NCBI GenBank assembly: GCA_035457005.1
Contig: DATICB010000011.1
Location: forward strand, 4,098-68,097
Source: Patescibacteria group bacterium
GTDB lineage: Bacteria; Patescibacteriota; Microgenomatia; Levybacterales; UBA12049
Direction of reading: 5' to 3'
DNA length: 64,000 nucleotides
The notes under the pieces were generated by a model. That model was given only the letters and a program-made list of their open reading frames with translations, did not search any database and was not told the origin of the DNA. Every line of letters begins with the position of its first letter. The first letter of the stretch is position 1. The translations under genes and the position numbers were made by a program. Positions 17,644 through 26,774 of the stretch are shown here, one piece after another.

Positions 17644-19461
17644 ATGGAAATTTTAGCAGAGAAAATTAGAAATGTAGCGGTTATTGCCCACGTTGACCAT
17701 GGCAAGACAACCCTGGTTGATTTTTTGCTCAAGCAGTCTCACACATTCAGAGAAAACGAGCAGGAAATGCAGCAAACAACCATTTTAGACAGTAATCCGC
17801 TTGAAAGAGAGCGTGGCATTACTATTCTGGCAAAAAATACCGGCATTACCTACAAAGACTACAAGATTAATATTGTTGATACTCCAGGCCATGCAGATTT
17901 TTCTGGAGAAGTTGAGCGTACTTTGAATATGGCAGATGGCGCACTGCTTATTATCGATGCGCAAGAAGGCCCTATGCCTCAGACCAAATTTGTCTTAAAA
18001 AAAGCACTCGAGTTGGGACTCAAGATTATTGTTGTCATTAATAAAATTGACAAGCCATTGGCAAATATTCCCCATACCCTTAATAAAACCCACGACCTTT
18101 TCCTCGAGCTCGCAACCCACGAAGACCAATTAGAATTTCCTGTTTTGTATGCAATTGGTCGGGAAGGCAAAGCAGGCAAAACAGAAGAAGACGCACGAAA
18201 TGCGACCAATCTTGAGCCACTTTTTGAAGAAATCATTTCCTTTATTCCATCTCCAAAAGTGAGTGAAGGGCCTCTGCAAATTTTAGTAACATCTTTGGAT
18301 TTTGATTCTCATCGTGGCAAACATGTGATTGGCCGGATTACGCGAGGTGAAGCGGTGAAGGGCATGAGTGTTGTTGTTACCAAAGCAGATGGCGTCCACA
18401 AGCAGGGAAGAATTGAAACTATGTCCACAACATTAGGACTGAAAAAAGTCGAACAAGACAAAGTCGGAGCAGGGGAAATTGTAGACATTACCGGCATAGA
18501 TACAGCAGATATCGGCGATACAGTCACTGACCCCAAACAAATTGACGAACTCCCTAGAATTCATGTTGAGGAGCCCACCATTAAAATCGCGCTTGGCCCA
18601 AATACATCTCCTTTTGCAGGAAGAGAAGGCAAATTTACCACATCGAGGCAACTCCTTGAGAGATTGCAAAAAGAATTGGAAACAAATGTCGCGCTTAAAT
18701 TAGACATTACCGGTGAGCGTTACCTTTTGTCTGGACGAGGCGAATTGCATTTATCTGTCCTTATTGAGACCTTGCGACGTGAGGGGTATGAATTCGAGGT
18801 TGGTAAGCCGCAAGTCATTACTAAAAAAATAGATGGTGTAGAAATGGAACCTGTTGAAGATGTGATTATTGACGTCCCAGATGAATACGTTGGGTCAATT
18901 ACTCAGGAAATGGGACAACGAAAAGGCAATATGACCAATATGGAGCCAGATGGTAAGGGAAATACGCGTTTGCAATACACGATTGCATCCAAAAACCTTT
19001 TAGGTATTCGAAACGATATTTTAACCCAAACAAAAGGTACAGCAGTCATCAACAGCATGTTTAATGGCTACCAACAGCTGACACCAACCTTGGAAAAATT
19101 CCGCAACGGAGCACTTATTGCATCCGAAGCAGGCGACATCTTGGCCTATGGACTGGGCAATGCGCAGGAACGGGGCATTACGTTTTTTGAACCGGCAACG
19201 CCTGTGTATGAAGGCATGATAATCGGCGTTAACTCCAGAAAAGATGATATTGAAGTCAACGTTACCAAAGAAAAAAAACAAACCAACATGCGATCAAAAG
19301 GGGAAGGAGTCAAATTGGTTTTAACGCCCCCTACTGTTATGAGTCTTGAGCAATATTTGGATTTTTTGGAAGACGACGAATTACTTGAAGTAACACCAAA
19401 GAATTTACGACCTCGGAAAAAATATTTATCCAAACTTGACCGCGTCAGAGCCGGCAGATAA
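17644..19461 (+). CDS. typA: Translational GTPase TypA/BipA
   Basis: IRNVAVIAHVDHGKTTLVD, DTPGHADF, NKIDK G-motifs and full-length BipA similarity. Confidence 0.9.
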   Translation: MEILAEKIRNVAVIAHVDHGKTTLVDFLLKQSHTFRENEQEMQQTTILDSNPLERERGITILAKNTGITYKDYKINIVDTPGHADFSGEVERTLNMADGALLIIDAQEGPMPQTKFVLKKALELGLKIIVVINKIDKPLANIPHTLNKTHDLFLELATHEDQLEFPVLYAIGREGKAGKTEEDARNATNLEPLFEEIISFIPSPKVSEGPLQILVTSLDFDSHRGKHVIGRITRGEAVKGMSVVVTKADGVHKQGRIETMSTTLGLKKVEQDKVGAGEIVDITGIDTADIGDTVTDPKQIDELPRIHVEEPTIKIALGPNTSPFAGREGKFTTSRQLLERLQKELETNVALKLDITGERYLLSGRGELHLSVLIETLRREGYEFEVGKPQVITKKIDGVEMEPVEDVIIDVPDEYVGSITQEMGQRKGNMTNMEPDGKGNTRLQYTIASKNLLGIRNDILTQTKGTAVINSMFNGYQQLTPTLEKFRNGALIASEAGDILAYGLGNAQERGITFFEPATPVYEGMIIGVNSRKDDIEVNVTKEKKQTNMRSKGEGVKLVLTPPTVMSLEQYLDFLEDDELLEVTPKNLRPRKKYLSKLDRVRAGR

Positions 19462-19547
19462 TTTTGCTTCAAACCTCAATTGTTTTCTTTATTACTATAC
19501 CTCTCTTGACTTCTTGAAATGATTATGAGTACGCTGATTGTAGAGAA

Positions 19548-19799
19548 ATGTATTTTGTATACGTTCTACAAAGTATGAAGGATGATAATTTTTATACAGG
19601 TTTTTCAGACAATTTGAAAAGAAGATTGAGCAAGCATAATACAGGTCTTGTCACTGCTACAAAACATAGACTTCCATTAAAACTTATTTACTACGAATTT
19701 TGTCTCAACAAAACAGATGCACTCCATAGGGAGATCTACTTAAAAACATCTTGGGGTAAAAAATACATTAAAAACAGATTATCAAATTATCTCATGTAG
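19548..19799 (+). CDS. GIY-YIG nuclease-family mini-protein
   Basis: YFVYVLQS...FYTGFSDNLKRRLSKHN GIY-YIG core; 83 aa. Confidence 0.75.
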   Translation: MYFVYVLQSMKDDNFYTGFSDNLKRRLSKHNTGLVTATKHRLPLKLIYYEFCLNKTDALHREIYLKTSWGKKYIKNRLSNYLM

Positions 19800-19818
19800 T
19801 TTTGCGCTGATTGATAAG

Positions 19819-19881
19819 GCCACAGTTGGATAGATGCAATCATCCAACGTGGCTCCGTTAGATGCAAAGCTATCTAACGGA
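19819..19881 (+). promoter_or_regulatory. Two consecutive hairpins in the leader of the DUF378 gene; the second 3' arm abuts/overlaps the Shine-Dalgarno sequence
   Basis: gccacagttggat...atccaacgtggc and tccgttagat-gcaaagct-atctaacgga, then GGAGGGGG and ATG at 19896. Confidence 0.4.
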
Positions 19882-19895
19882 GGGGGTGATTACTA

Positions 19896-20108
19896 ATGAA
19901 ATGGTTACATTATGCTGTATATCTTCTTCTTTTCGTAGGAGGCCTTAATTGGGGATTAGTTGGACTTTTTAATCTTAATGTCGTTATGTGGCTTCTTGGC
20001 AGTTGGCCAACAGTAGAACGTGCAGTGTACGTTTTGGTTGGTTTGTCAGCAGTATGGGCATTATTTACCCATATGGGAGACTGCAAAGTGTGCAGTAGCA
20101 AAAAATAA
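19896..20108 (+). CDS. DUF378-family small membrane protein
   Basis: 70 aa, two TM helices, strong SD (GGAGGGGG) 9 nt upstream. Confidence 0.6.
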   Translation: MKWLHYAVYLLLFVGGLNWGLVGLFNLNVVMWLLGSWPTVERAVYVLVGLSAVWALFTHMGDCKVCSSKK

Positions 20109-20125
20109 GCAGATTGTTTATTTTT

Positions 20126-20158
20126 CTCGCCCTCTTTTTATGAGAGGGCGGGTTATTT
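20126..20158 (+). terminator. Rho-independent terminator-like hairpin (ctcgccctct-ttttatg-agagggcggg) followed by a ttattt tract
   Basis: Read directly from the sequence, immediately after the stop codon. Confidence 0.55.
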
Positions 20159-20180
20159 AACGCTATGCTACAATTACCTC

Positions 20181-20843
20181 ATGGATCGCAAACAGTTTTA
20201 CAAACTCCTCCTTCTTCGCTCGGTTGGTAACTTTTTGGTCTTATTTGCACTGTTTGGTATTTTTGCAACAATTGGTCCCGCACTTTTTTACGAAGTCAGA
20301 TTTCAGATCGATAATCTGACCGGAACACAATATGTCGTTGCACAGACGGATGCCCCTAACCAATTGAAAACTATTCAAAACAATCAGAAAGTGTTAATTC
20401 CGCCTGATACCTACTTCAGTATTGTTATTCCAAAAATCGGCGCGAGTTCCCGGGTAATTATTAATGTTGACCCAACCAATGAAAAAGAATATTTGGCAGC
20501 ACTCCAAAAAGGAGTTGCTCATGCAAAAGGTACTGTTTTCCCAGGAATGAATGGGATTAGCTTTTATTTTTCCCACTCAACAGACAGCTTTTGGGATGTC
20601 GGACGATATAACGCAATCTTTTATTTACTTAAAGACATGCAAATAGGTGATGACATTTATATTTACTTTAAAAATTACCGCTACAATTATAAAGTCACCC
20701 AAACAGAAATCTTGGATCCATCGGACGTGTCACTTTTGGTTAATGCTCAAAAAGTACAAGACCAAGAAGTAGTGCTGCAAACATGCTGGCCTCCTGGCAC
20801 AACATGGAAACGGTTTATCGTGATTGCCAAACCAGTAAAATAA
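20181..20843 (+). CDS. Sortase-family transpeptidase (paralog 1)
   Basis: N-terminal TM anchor; His motif GVAHAKGT; catalytic Cys motif VVLQTCWP. Confidence 0.7.
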   Translation: MDRKQFYKLLLLRSVGNFLVLFALFGIFATIGPALFYEVRFQIDNLTGTQYVVAQTDAPNQLKTIQNNQKVLIPPDTYFSIVIPKIGASSRVIINVDPTNEKEYLAALQKGVAHAKGTVFPGMNGISFYFSHSTDSFWDVGRYNAIFYLLKDMQIGDDIYIYFKNYRYNYKVTQTEILDPSDVSLLVNAQKVQDQEVVLQTCWPPGTTWKRFIVIAKPVK

Positions 20844-20858
20844 GAGTAAACATAAGAT

Positions 20859-21122
20859 ATGTTTCGAAGAAAAGAAGACAAGCTAGCAGAGAAAACGGTG
20901 GGAGTTATAGTTGTTGCAAAACACGAAGATGACGCACGAGAACAAGTAAGACGCCGTGGTGCACAACCAGACTCTGCTATTTATGGAGGGAGAGTGCAAT
21001 CTGCACAGCATAGAAATGGCTGGCGAGGAAGATTTGGGTTCCCATTAAGGGGATCAACTCCGCATCGTCCTCCTGATGGCGGTGGGGGTGGGGGCAACGG
21101 TGGAATACCAATGGCTGCATAA
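20859..21122 (+). CDS. Small G/R/P-rich low-complexity protein
   Basis: GC-rich ORF ending GGGGGGNGG. Confidence 0.3.
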   Translation: MFRRKEDKLAEKTVGVIVVAKHEDDAREQVRRRGAQPDSAIYGGRVQSAQHRNGWRGRFGFPLRGSTPHRPPDGGGGGGNGGIPMAA

Positions 21123-21163
21123 AATGTATTGCTGATATTTTGCTAATTTGTTATTATCCATAA

Positions 21164-21466
21164 ATGGGAATTTTTCAACGAGGCCCTTCACGACAAGAAA
21201 TTGCCAGACAAAGACTTGAAGAAGAAGTAAATTTAGGGGACGCTACCGGTTTTCATTTTTACGAACGAGACGCAAATCTTCCACCAGATCGAAGACGACG
21301 TGCTTTTGCAAGACTTATCGAAAGAATGTCTGAAAATCCATTATTGCCGCCCGAAACACGCTCGCAGATGCGACAAAATGCAGAAATCATTAGAAGCATA
21401 CAAGAACAACCTTCTCCTTCACTTCCTCAACGATTTTTCCAACGAATAAGGTCTCTGAGAGAATAA
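21164..21466 (+). CDS. Small R/E-rich hypothetical protein
   Basis: 100-aa ORF. Confidence 0.3.
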   Translation: MGIFQRGPSRQEIARQRLEEEVNLGDATGFHFYERDANLPPDRRRRAFARLIERMSENPLLPPETRSQMRQNAEIIRSIQEQPSPSLPQRFFQRIRSLRE

Positions 21467-21508
21467 AAGCCTAGCTTTTGCAACCTAATCCTGCTATACT
21501 CACACACT

Positions 21509-21718
21509 ATGCCAAGAGAAAAAAGACACGGAAGAGGAGGCGAACAGTACCAAGGTAACCATAGTCCTTCCAGAAAATCTTGGCGGCGGCGATTGCAGGA
21601 GAGGCTTGGACTCACTCCCGATGACATAGCAAGTTTAGCGGAAAGATTTCATAGCGGTCCTCACGCAGGAACTCATGGTGGTCCCAATGACGGAGGAAAT
21701 AACACCAATCTTAATTAG
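21509..21718 (+). CDS. Small basic G/R/H-rich low-complexity protein
   Basis: GC-rich ORF. Confidence 0.3.
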   Translation: MPREKRHGRGGEQYQGNHSPSRKSWRRRLQERLGLTPDDIASLAERFHSGPHAGTHGGPNDGGNNTNLN

Positions 21719-21721
21719 TAC

Positions 21722-22042
21722 CTACTCTCTTTCTTCTCCCCACTCAGTAAGTTGACGAAAAATATTTTTTAGTGTTGCACCCTTTTTGGTAAGCGAGTAT
21801 TCAACATGTAGTGGTACTTCTGCAAAGACGTGTTTAACAACAATCCCTTCTTTTTCTAACTGCTGCAACCGAATAGATAGCGTTTTTGGACTAATTCCTT
21901 CAAGACTTCTCTGCAACTGCCCAAACCGTTTTGTCCCTTCACATAAGTCATGCAACAAAAGCATAGTCCATTTGCTCGACATAATTTTTAATGTCTTGGA
22001 TACTGTACAATTTTGGTGATGTTTATGATGCAACGCGCTCAT
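21722..22042 (-). CDS. HxlR-type winged-helix transcriptional regulator
   Basis: CTVSKTLKIMSSKWTMLLL...RFGQLQRSLEGISPKTLSIRLQQLEKEGIVVKHV...VEYSLTKKG. Confidence 0.7.
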   Translation of the reverse strand: MSALHHKHHQNCTVSKTLKIMSSKWTMLLLHDLCEGTKRFGQLQRSLEGISPKTLSIRLQQLEKEGIVVKHVFAEVPLHVEYSLTKKGATLKNIFRQLTEWGEERE

Positions 22043-22116
22043 ACAACAAGTATACCACATTACTATCTTTTTTGTAAGTACTTTACATAATGAAGTATTA
22101 AGCGTATACTATCTCT

Positions 22117-22740
22117 ATGAATACGACATGGACTACTATACCAACGCAGGAAATAATCGACCAAACAGCCACAAATCTTACCAAAAATGGGTTTAATACC
22201 ATTATTGTTGCCTCGAAAGAAGACGCCAAAGCAAAAGTTTTGGAACTTTTACCGGAAGGCGCAGAAGTTATGACAATGTCTTCTGTCACTATAGATAGCA
22301 TTGGACTTTTTGCAGCCATTAATTCATCAGGGAAGTACAACGCAGTAAAGGCCAAGCTTATGACAATGGACAGGGCAACGCAAGGGCGGGAAATGCAAAA
22401 ATTAGGCGCGGCACCTGACTATGCAGTTGGCAGCGTTAATGCAGTAACTCAGGACGGCAAAGTACTGATTGCCAGTAACACTGGAAGCCAGATACCTGCC
22501 TACGCATATGCAGCATCTCATGTTATTTGGGTCGTTGGTGCACAAAAAATTGTCAAAGATGTAGCAGAGGGGGAAACAAGAATTAACGACTATATTTTGC
22601 CACTTGAGTCAAAAAGATTAGAAAAAGTTTTTCAATTGCCAGATTATAAGAGCAATGTGAGCAAACTTCTTATTATGAGCAGGGAGATTAATCCCAAACG
22701 AATGACACTTATTTTAGTGCAAGAACCTCTGGGATTTTAA
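22117..22740 (+). CDS. LUD-domain (LutC/YkgG-like, DUF162) protein
   Basis: Overall similarity to the lactate-utilisation LutC-like fold; lies divergent to the HxlR regulator. Confidence 0.5.
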   Translation: MNTTWTTIPTQEIIDQTATNLTKNGFNTIIVASKEDAKAKVLELLPEGAEVMTMSSVTIDSIGLFAAINSSGKYNAVKAKLMTMDRATQGREMQKLGAAPDYAVGSVNAVTQDGKVLIASNTGSQIPAYAYAASHVIWVVGAQKIVKDVAEGETRINDYILPLESKRLEKVFQLPDYKSNVSKLLIMSREINPKRMTLILVQEPLGF

Positions 22741-23372
22741 ACACTTGTATAGACAATCAGCAAGAGTCCTTTTGCGAATTGTACACTCGCTTTTTTCCCA
22801 AGAAATACATTGCTTACGCCACGCGGCTTGCCAAAAGCTAAAGTTTCATTTTTCAAACCATATTGCAGACCCTCAAGAGTCACACCTTTTACATCTCCCA
22901 GTAGGGGAATGAGAGACAGTAAATCTCCCTTTTTCCCAGAAATAGTACGAATTATTGGCCCTTTTTCTATCCACATGACTTGATTGCCGTTGATAAATTT
23001 TACAGAAACTTTACTTGTTGTTGCGAGCAAAAGATTGGCAATAACATGGTCAAACCTATCACCGTTATTTCCTCCGAGAATAGTTATGTCTGTTGCTTTG
23101 TGTTTTATTGCGTAATCTAGTGCCAGCTCGGTATCTGTTTCGTCTTTTTCTTGTGGAAATTTAAGCAATGTTGCCTGCTTTTTCTCAAGTTTTCTCATTG
23201 TTTTAGGACTAACAGAGTCAAAGTCACCAATAACAACGCCTGGAACAATGCCCATGCGAAGCGCGCTTTCCGCACCCCCATCTGCAGCAATAATAAAATC
23301 AGCTTGCTTTATAGCAGACCTAACAAGTGTACTTCGAGAAATGGTTCCTCCCGAGAAAATCACGCAGTGCAT
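22737..23372 (-). CDS. Thiamine pyrophosphokinase
   Basis: IIAADGGA...GVVIGDFDSV...KDETDTELAL...GGNNGDRFDH motifs. Confidence 0.7.
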   Translation of the reverse strand: MHCVIFSGGTISRSTLVRSAIKQADFIIAADGGAESALRMGIVPGVVIGDFDSVSPKTMRKLEKKQATLLKFPQEKDETDTELALDYAIKHKATDITILGGNNGDRFDHVIANLLLATTSKVSVKFINGNQVMWIEKGPIIRTISGKKGDLLSLIPLLGDVKGVTLEGLQYGLKNETLAFGKPRGVSNVFLGKKASVQFAKGLLLIVYTSV

Positions 23373-23386
23373 ACAAGGAATTATTT

Positions 23387-24187
23387 TCAGGAATCAGCCT
23401 GTACCTCATCTAATAGTTTTTTATAATCCTTGGCAGACAAGTGCCACTGACCAGGACTGTACGGATGATCCAAATCGTCTATGAGCATATAAATACCAAA
23501 CGAAAGAAGGGCAATAATTGAAGTGAATATGTAGTCATAAAAAAGCGTTGTTTCGCCGATAAAAAGGGAAGTGAAGACCGTTGCATACGTTGTGACTATC
23601 ATAAAAAGCTTGACTCCCAACGGCAATTTATGCTGAGCATTTTGCAATCTTTTTTCCCTAAAATCCATAATTTTTCGAACCAAATCAAATGCCATGGATC
23701 CGATATTCGGATACTGAGAGTAATCAATATTAAAAACTGTTTCTTCCAAACTAAAGATTGCTAAATCAACCTGCTCAGATCTCCTGCTCAAATTTGTACT
23801 GTACTTTGATTCTTCAAGAATTAATGCTAAGTATGCGCATATCTTTTGTTTTACTTCCTTTTGCACTTTTTGAGAAAAATGACGAGAAAGAATATGCAGC
23901 TGCCGTATTGCGCTCAACTCTCCGTGTGTTGCATCAATCAATTCGTTCCATGTGTTCCATTTTGACTGGATAACAAAACCTGAAATAATGGAAAACATAA
24001 GACCAGTTGCTGAAAAAAGCCAAGGAAGGGGATTATTGCCTTGCATCGCAATAACAGGAGGGAATATATGAAAAAGTCTCACACCAAAAAAAATAAGAGA
24101 AAAAGTAAAGAAGAAAAGAGCTATGCGGAGGAAAATCAATCTGCCATTCATATAAATTAGTATATCTGCTATTCTTTGTGTTCGCAA
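23387..24187 (-). CDS. Hypothetical membrane protein (DUF4239/bestrophin-like topology)
   Basis: 266 aa with 4 TM helices. Confidence 0.4.
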   Translation of the reverse strand: MRTQRIADILIYMNGRLIFLRIALFFFTFSLIFFGVRLFHIFPPVIAMQGNNPLPWLFSATGLMFSIISGFVIQSKWNTWNELIDATHGELSAIRQLHILSRHFSQKVQKEVKQKICAYLALILEESKYSTNLSRRSEQVDLAIFSLEETVFNIDYSQYPNIGSMAFDLVRKIMDFREKRLQNAQHKLPLGVKLFMIVTTYATVFTSLFIGETTLFYDYIFTSIIALLSFGIYMLIDDLDHPYSPGQWHLSAKDYKKLLDEVQADS

Positions 24188-24367
24188 TCAAATGCAAATA
24201 ATGCAGCAAATTAAAAACGTGAGCAGATTACCGCAGCATATTCCAATCCAGCACACTACATGCCCAGAAGGACTACCGTTTTTAAAGCTCATTCGCATCA
24301 TGCAGACAGGTTGCGAATTTTTAAATTTTTCCTTGCATAAAAATCATAAACGATATATACTCGCCAT

Positions 24368-24574
24368 GTGCGAATCAGAAGAAGAGACAAGCAACCAGAG
24401 TTAGATCTCGGCCCACTTATGACCAGAGAAGAGCTTGAATGGTTGGGAAGAGCAAATGCAGGCACACCTATTCCAGATGGTTTTGCTGAGGATCCAAGAA
24501 GAACATGGCAACCAGGACAAACAGATCATACAGGCGACCCAAATATACATCGTTGGATTAGGAATCTCCGTTAA
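24368..24574 (+). CDS. Small basic R/P/D-rich protein
   Basis: GC-rich ORF directly upstream of tRNA-His. Confidence 0.3.
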   Translation: MRIRRRDKQPELDLGPLMTREELEWLGRANAGTPIPDGFAEDPRRTWQPGQTDHTGDPNIHRWIRNLR

Positions 24575-24623
24575 TTATAGTAATTTTACCTCTGAAATAG
24601 GAAAGACATTTTCGTGGTTAGTG

Positions 24624-24697
24624 GGTGGCCAACGGGAGTCGAACCCGCAACCGCTAGATCCACAATCTAGTGCTCTAACCATTGAGCTATGGCCACC
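24624..24697 (-). tRNA. tRNA-His (anticodon GTG) with encoded G-1
   Basis: G-1 plus acceptor gtggcca/tggccac, anticodon loop uuGUGga, T-arm gcggg-ttcgact-cccgt. Confidence 0.85.
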
Positions 24698-24802
24698 ATA
24701 GATACAGAAATAAACCTGCAGGCCTATTATAGCATTAAGAGAGCACTGCCTCAACGAGCACACTTGCAAATTTTCCGAAAGTATCCTATAATCGGGCTAC
24801 TT

Positions 24803-25033
24803 ATGGGAGCAACAGGTGGTTTTTCTGACGGGAGAGGAAGTTTTCCAGACCGTGGACATCAAGAAAGCACCCAGGGAATAACGGAATGGCATCCACAAAG
24901 AGATCCGCTTGCACCTAAGCGCAAAGGTTGCAGATTCTGGCCTAGAAGAAAACCAAGAAACCCACAAGAACCTCAAGGACCAAGAGATTATACAGAACTC
25001 TATCGAGAGCATGGTCTAATTCCTCGTGGCTAG
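24803..25033 (+). CDS. Small basic G/R/P-rich protein
   Basis: GC-rich ORF downstream of tRNA-His (internal Met start). Confidence 0.3.
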   Translation: MGATGGFSDGRGSFPDRGHQESTQGITEWHPQRDPLAPKRKGCRFWPRRKPRNPQEPQGPRDYTELYREHGLIPRG

Positions 25034-25680
25034 CTTTTTGGCTTCGCAATTACTACAAACCGTTGTAAATCCGCAAATCCATCACACGTATACAGAATAA
25101 GTGTTTCGCCTTTTTGGGACAACAAAACACTTACCTGGTCAGGCGACACATCAAATGTCTTTTCCACAACATACACATACTGTTTATTTCCCCCAGCAGT
25201 TAGAGTAATCTGTGACCCTGTAGAAAGCCACCTAATGGGGCCAAATCGATCATTCGTATTATGCCCGTATAGTATAATAGGCCCATCCTCCCCAGGGCGC
25301 GCAGACGTATTTAAATGCGATATGCCATTCTCTGCAATGCCCCACACGCCATTACCAATCGCTTCTTCAACAATTGGCAGTTCCATCTGGACACTTGGAA
25401 TACTTACCCATGTCGGCGCAGGGAGTGTTTTGGCAACAACAGGCACTTTTGGTGTAAAAAAAGCAAGCTGAACACCCTCATTAATATAAAAAAACGTGGG
25501 AATAATGACAAGAAGTAGTCCAGAAATAAGAAGAAGTTTGGTCATAAGAGACGTCTTATAGACAAAATTGTGAAATAAAGAGGGAAGTCTTCTCCCTTGG
25601 TATGTGGGTTTTGTGACTTGGGATTTGAGACTTGCGGTCTTGGACTTACTTACTTTCTTTGGCATATTTCTTAGCACCAA
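25030..25680 (-). CDS. Sortase-family transpeptidase (paralog 2)
   Basis: TM anchor; PIILYGHN His motif; LILYTCDG Cys motif. Confidence 0.7.
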   Translation of the reverse strand: MVLRNMPKKVSKSKTASLKSQVTKPTYQGRRLPSLFHNFVYKTSLMTKLLLISGLLLVIIPTFFYINEGVQLAFFTPKVPVVAKTLPAPTWVSIPSVQMELPIVEEAIGNGVWGIAENGISHLNTSARPGEDGPIILYGHNTNDRFGPIRWLSTGSQITLTAGGNKQYVYVVEKTFDVSPDQVSVLLSQKGETLILYTCDGFADLQRFVVIAKPKS

Positions 25681-26551
25681 GTGCTAATACTACTATACCA
25701 GCTACTAACATGAAGTCCATAACTGTATTTTCAAAGGTACCTGTTCCTGCCATTGTTGATGCACCCAAGACTGCTTGGATTGGCTGACTAGAAGAACTAG
25801 ATCCACCACCAACGTGATTACCACTACAATCGTGTGTTGCACAACCAAGTCCATCTCCACCATCATTTGATCCACCACCATTGGATGGAGTATTTGTTGG
25901 TGTTGGAGTGACGCCAGCATATGTACAGACTGAGCTGTCTGCAACTTCTGTTGCATCGACATTAGAATCATAATTTGTTGCTTCTGGATCTGTGCAGACA
26001 TGTGTTTTTGGTAAGCAATTTCCTTCTGATTGGTAGTCGCCATCTGGAACAGTTGACTGTACGCCATCAATATTTGCACAGACATCTTTTTGAGAATAAA
26101 CACATAAGTCATGATTTGCAACTTCAGTCGCTGGATTAAATATTCCGTCTGTTCCACCATAGTTTATTGCACTATCGTCTGCACAAACTTGTGTTTTTGG
26201 GAAACATTCTTTGTCATTGTTTTGATAATCTCCTGCAGGAACTGTTGATTGAATTCCGGAAATATTAAGACATTGGTCTGATACTGGGTTATTAGATACG
26301 CACCAATCAGAGATACATTGTTTATAATCGTCTTCTGCACTACTACCATGACCCTTAACACAATCACCTGAGTATACAAAAGAACCACTACTATTATTGT
26401 CACTTAATGTAAAAGGGTACTTACCACCATTTTCTGGATGGCAATACTTTACGTCATGATCTGCTGAGACATTTTGAACTGAAGGTCGTACAAGAAAAAG
26501 TCCGCCTGCTAAAGCGAGAAGAAGTCCGAAAACAAAAAGTAATTTTTTCAT
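25646..26551 (-). CDS. Secreted Cys-rich repeat protein with a C-terminal membrane anchor/sorting-signal-like tail
   Basis: Signal peptide; two about 45-aa Cys-containing repeats (C.NI.G.QSTVP.GDYQ...C.PKT.VC); QAVLGAST...TM...KKYAKESK tail. Confidence 0.6.
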   Translation of the reverse strand: MKKLLFVFGLLLALAGGLFLVRPSVQNVSADHDVKYCHPENGGKYPFTLSDNNSSGSFVYSGDCVKGHGSSAEDDYKQCISDWCVSNNPVSDQCLNISGIQSTVPAGDYQNNDKECFPKTQVCADDSAINYGGTDGIFNPATEVANHDLCVYSQKDVCANIDGVQSTVPDGDYQSEGNCLPKTHVCTDPEATNYDSNVDATEVADSSVCTYAGVTPTPTNTPSNGGGSNDGGDGLGCATHDCSGNHVGGGSSSSSQPIQAVLGASTMAGTGTFENTVMDFMLVAGIVVLALGAKKYAKESK

Positions 26552-26774
26552 ATAGATATCCTATAAAAATAGTTCTATAGGATTAGATGGCAGTATATAC
26601 GAATAAAAATAGAACGTCAATAGGCATTTTGAGGCTAAATAATGACGAATACAAAACATGCTACCTACGATTCTTTTTTTGCTTGTCTTTTTTTAAAGAA
26701 TCTAGTTTAAGTTTCCCTCTTGCATTTAAAAAAAACGAATGCTACTATCAGCCTGACTGTCTAAATTTATTTCT

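Noticed and set aside
24435-24769. ORFs overlapping tRNA-His
   Set aside because: They span the tRNA gene on both strands and are artefacts of the GC-rich tRNA sequence.
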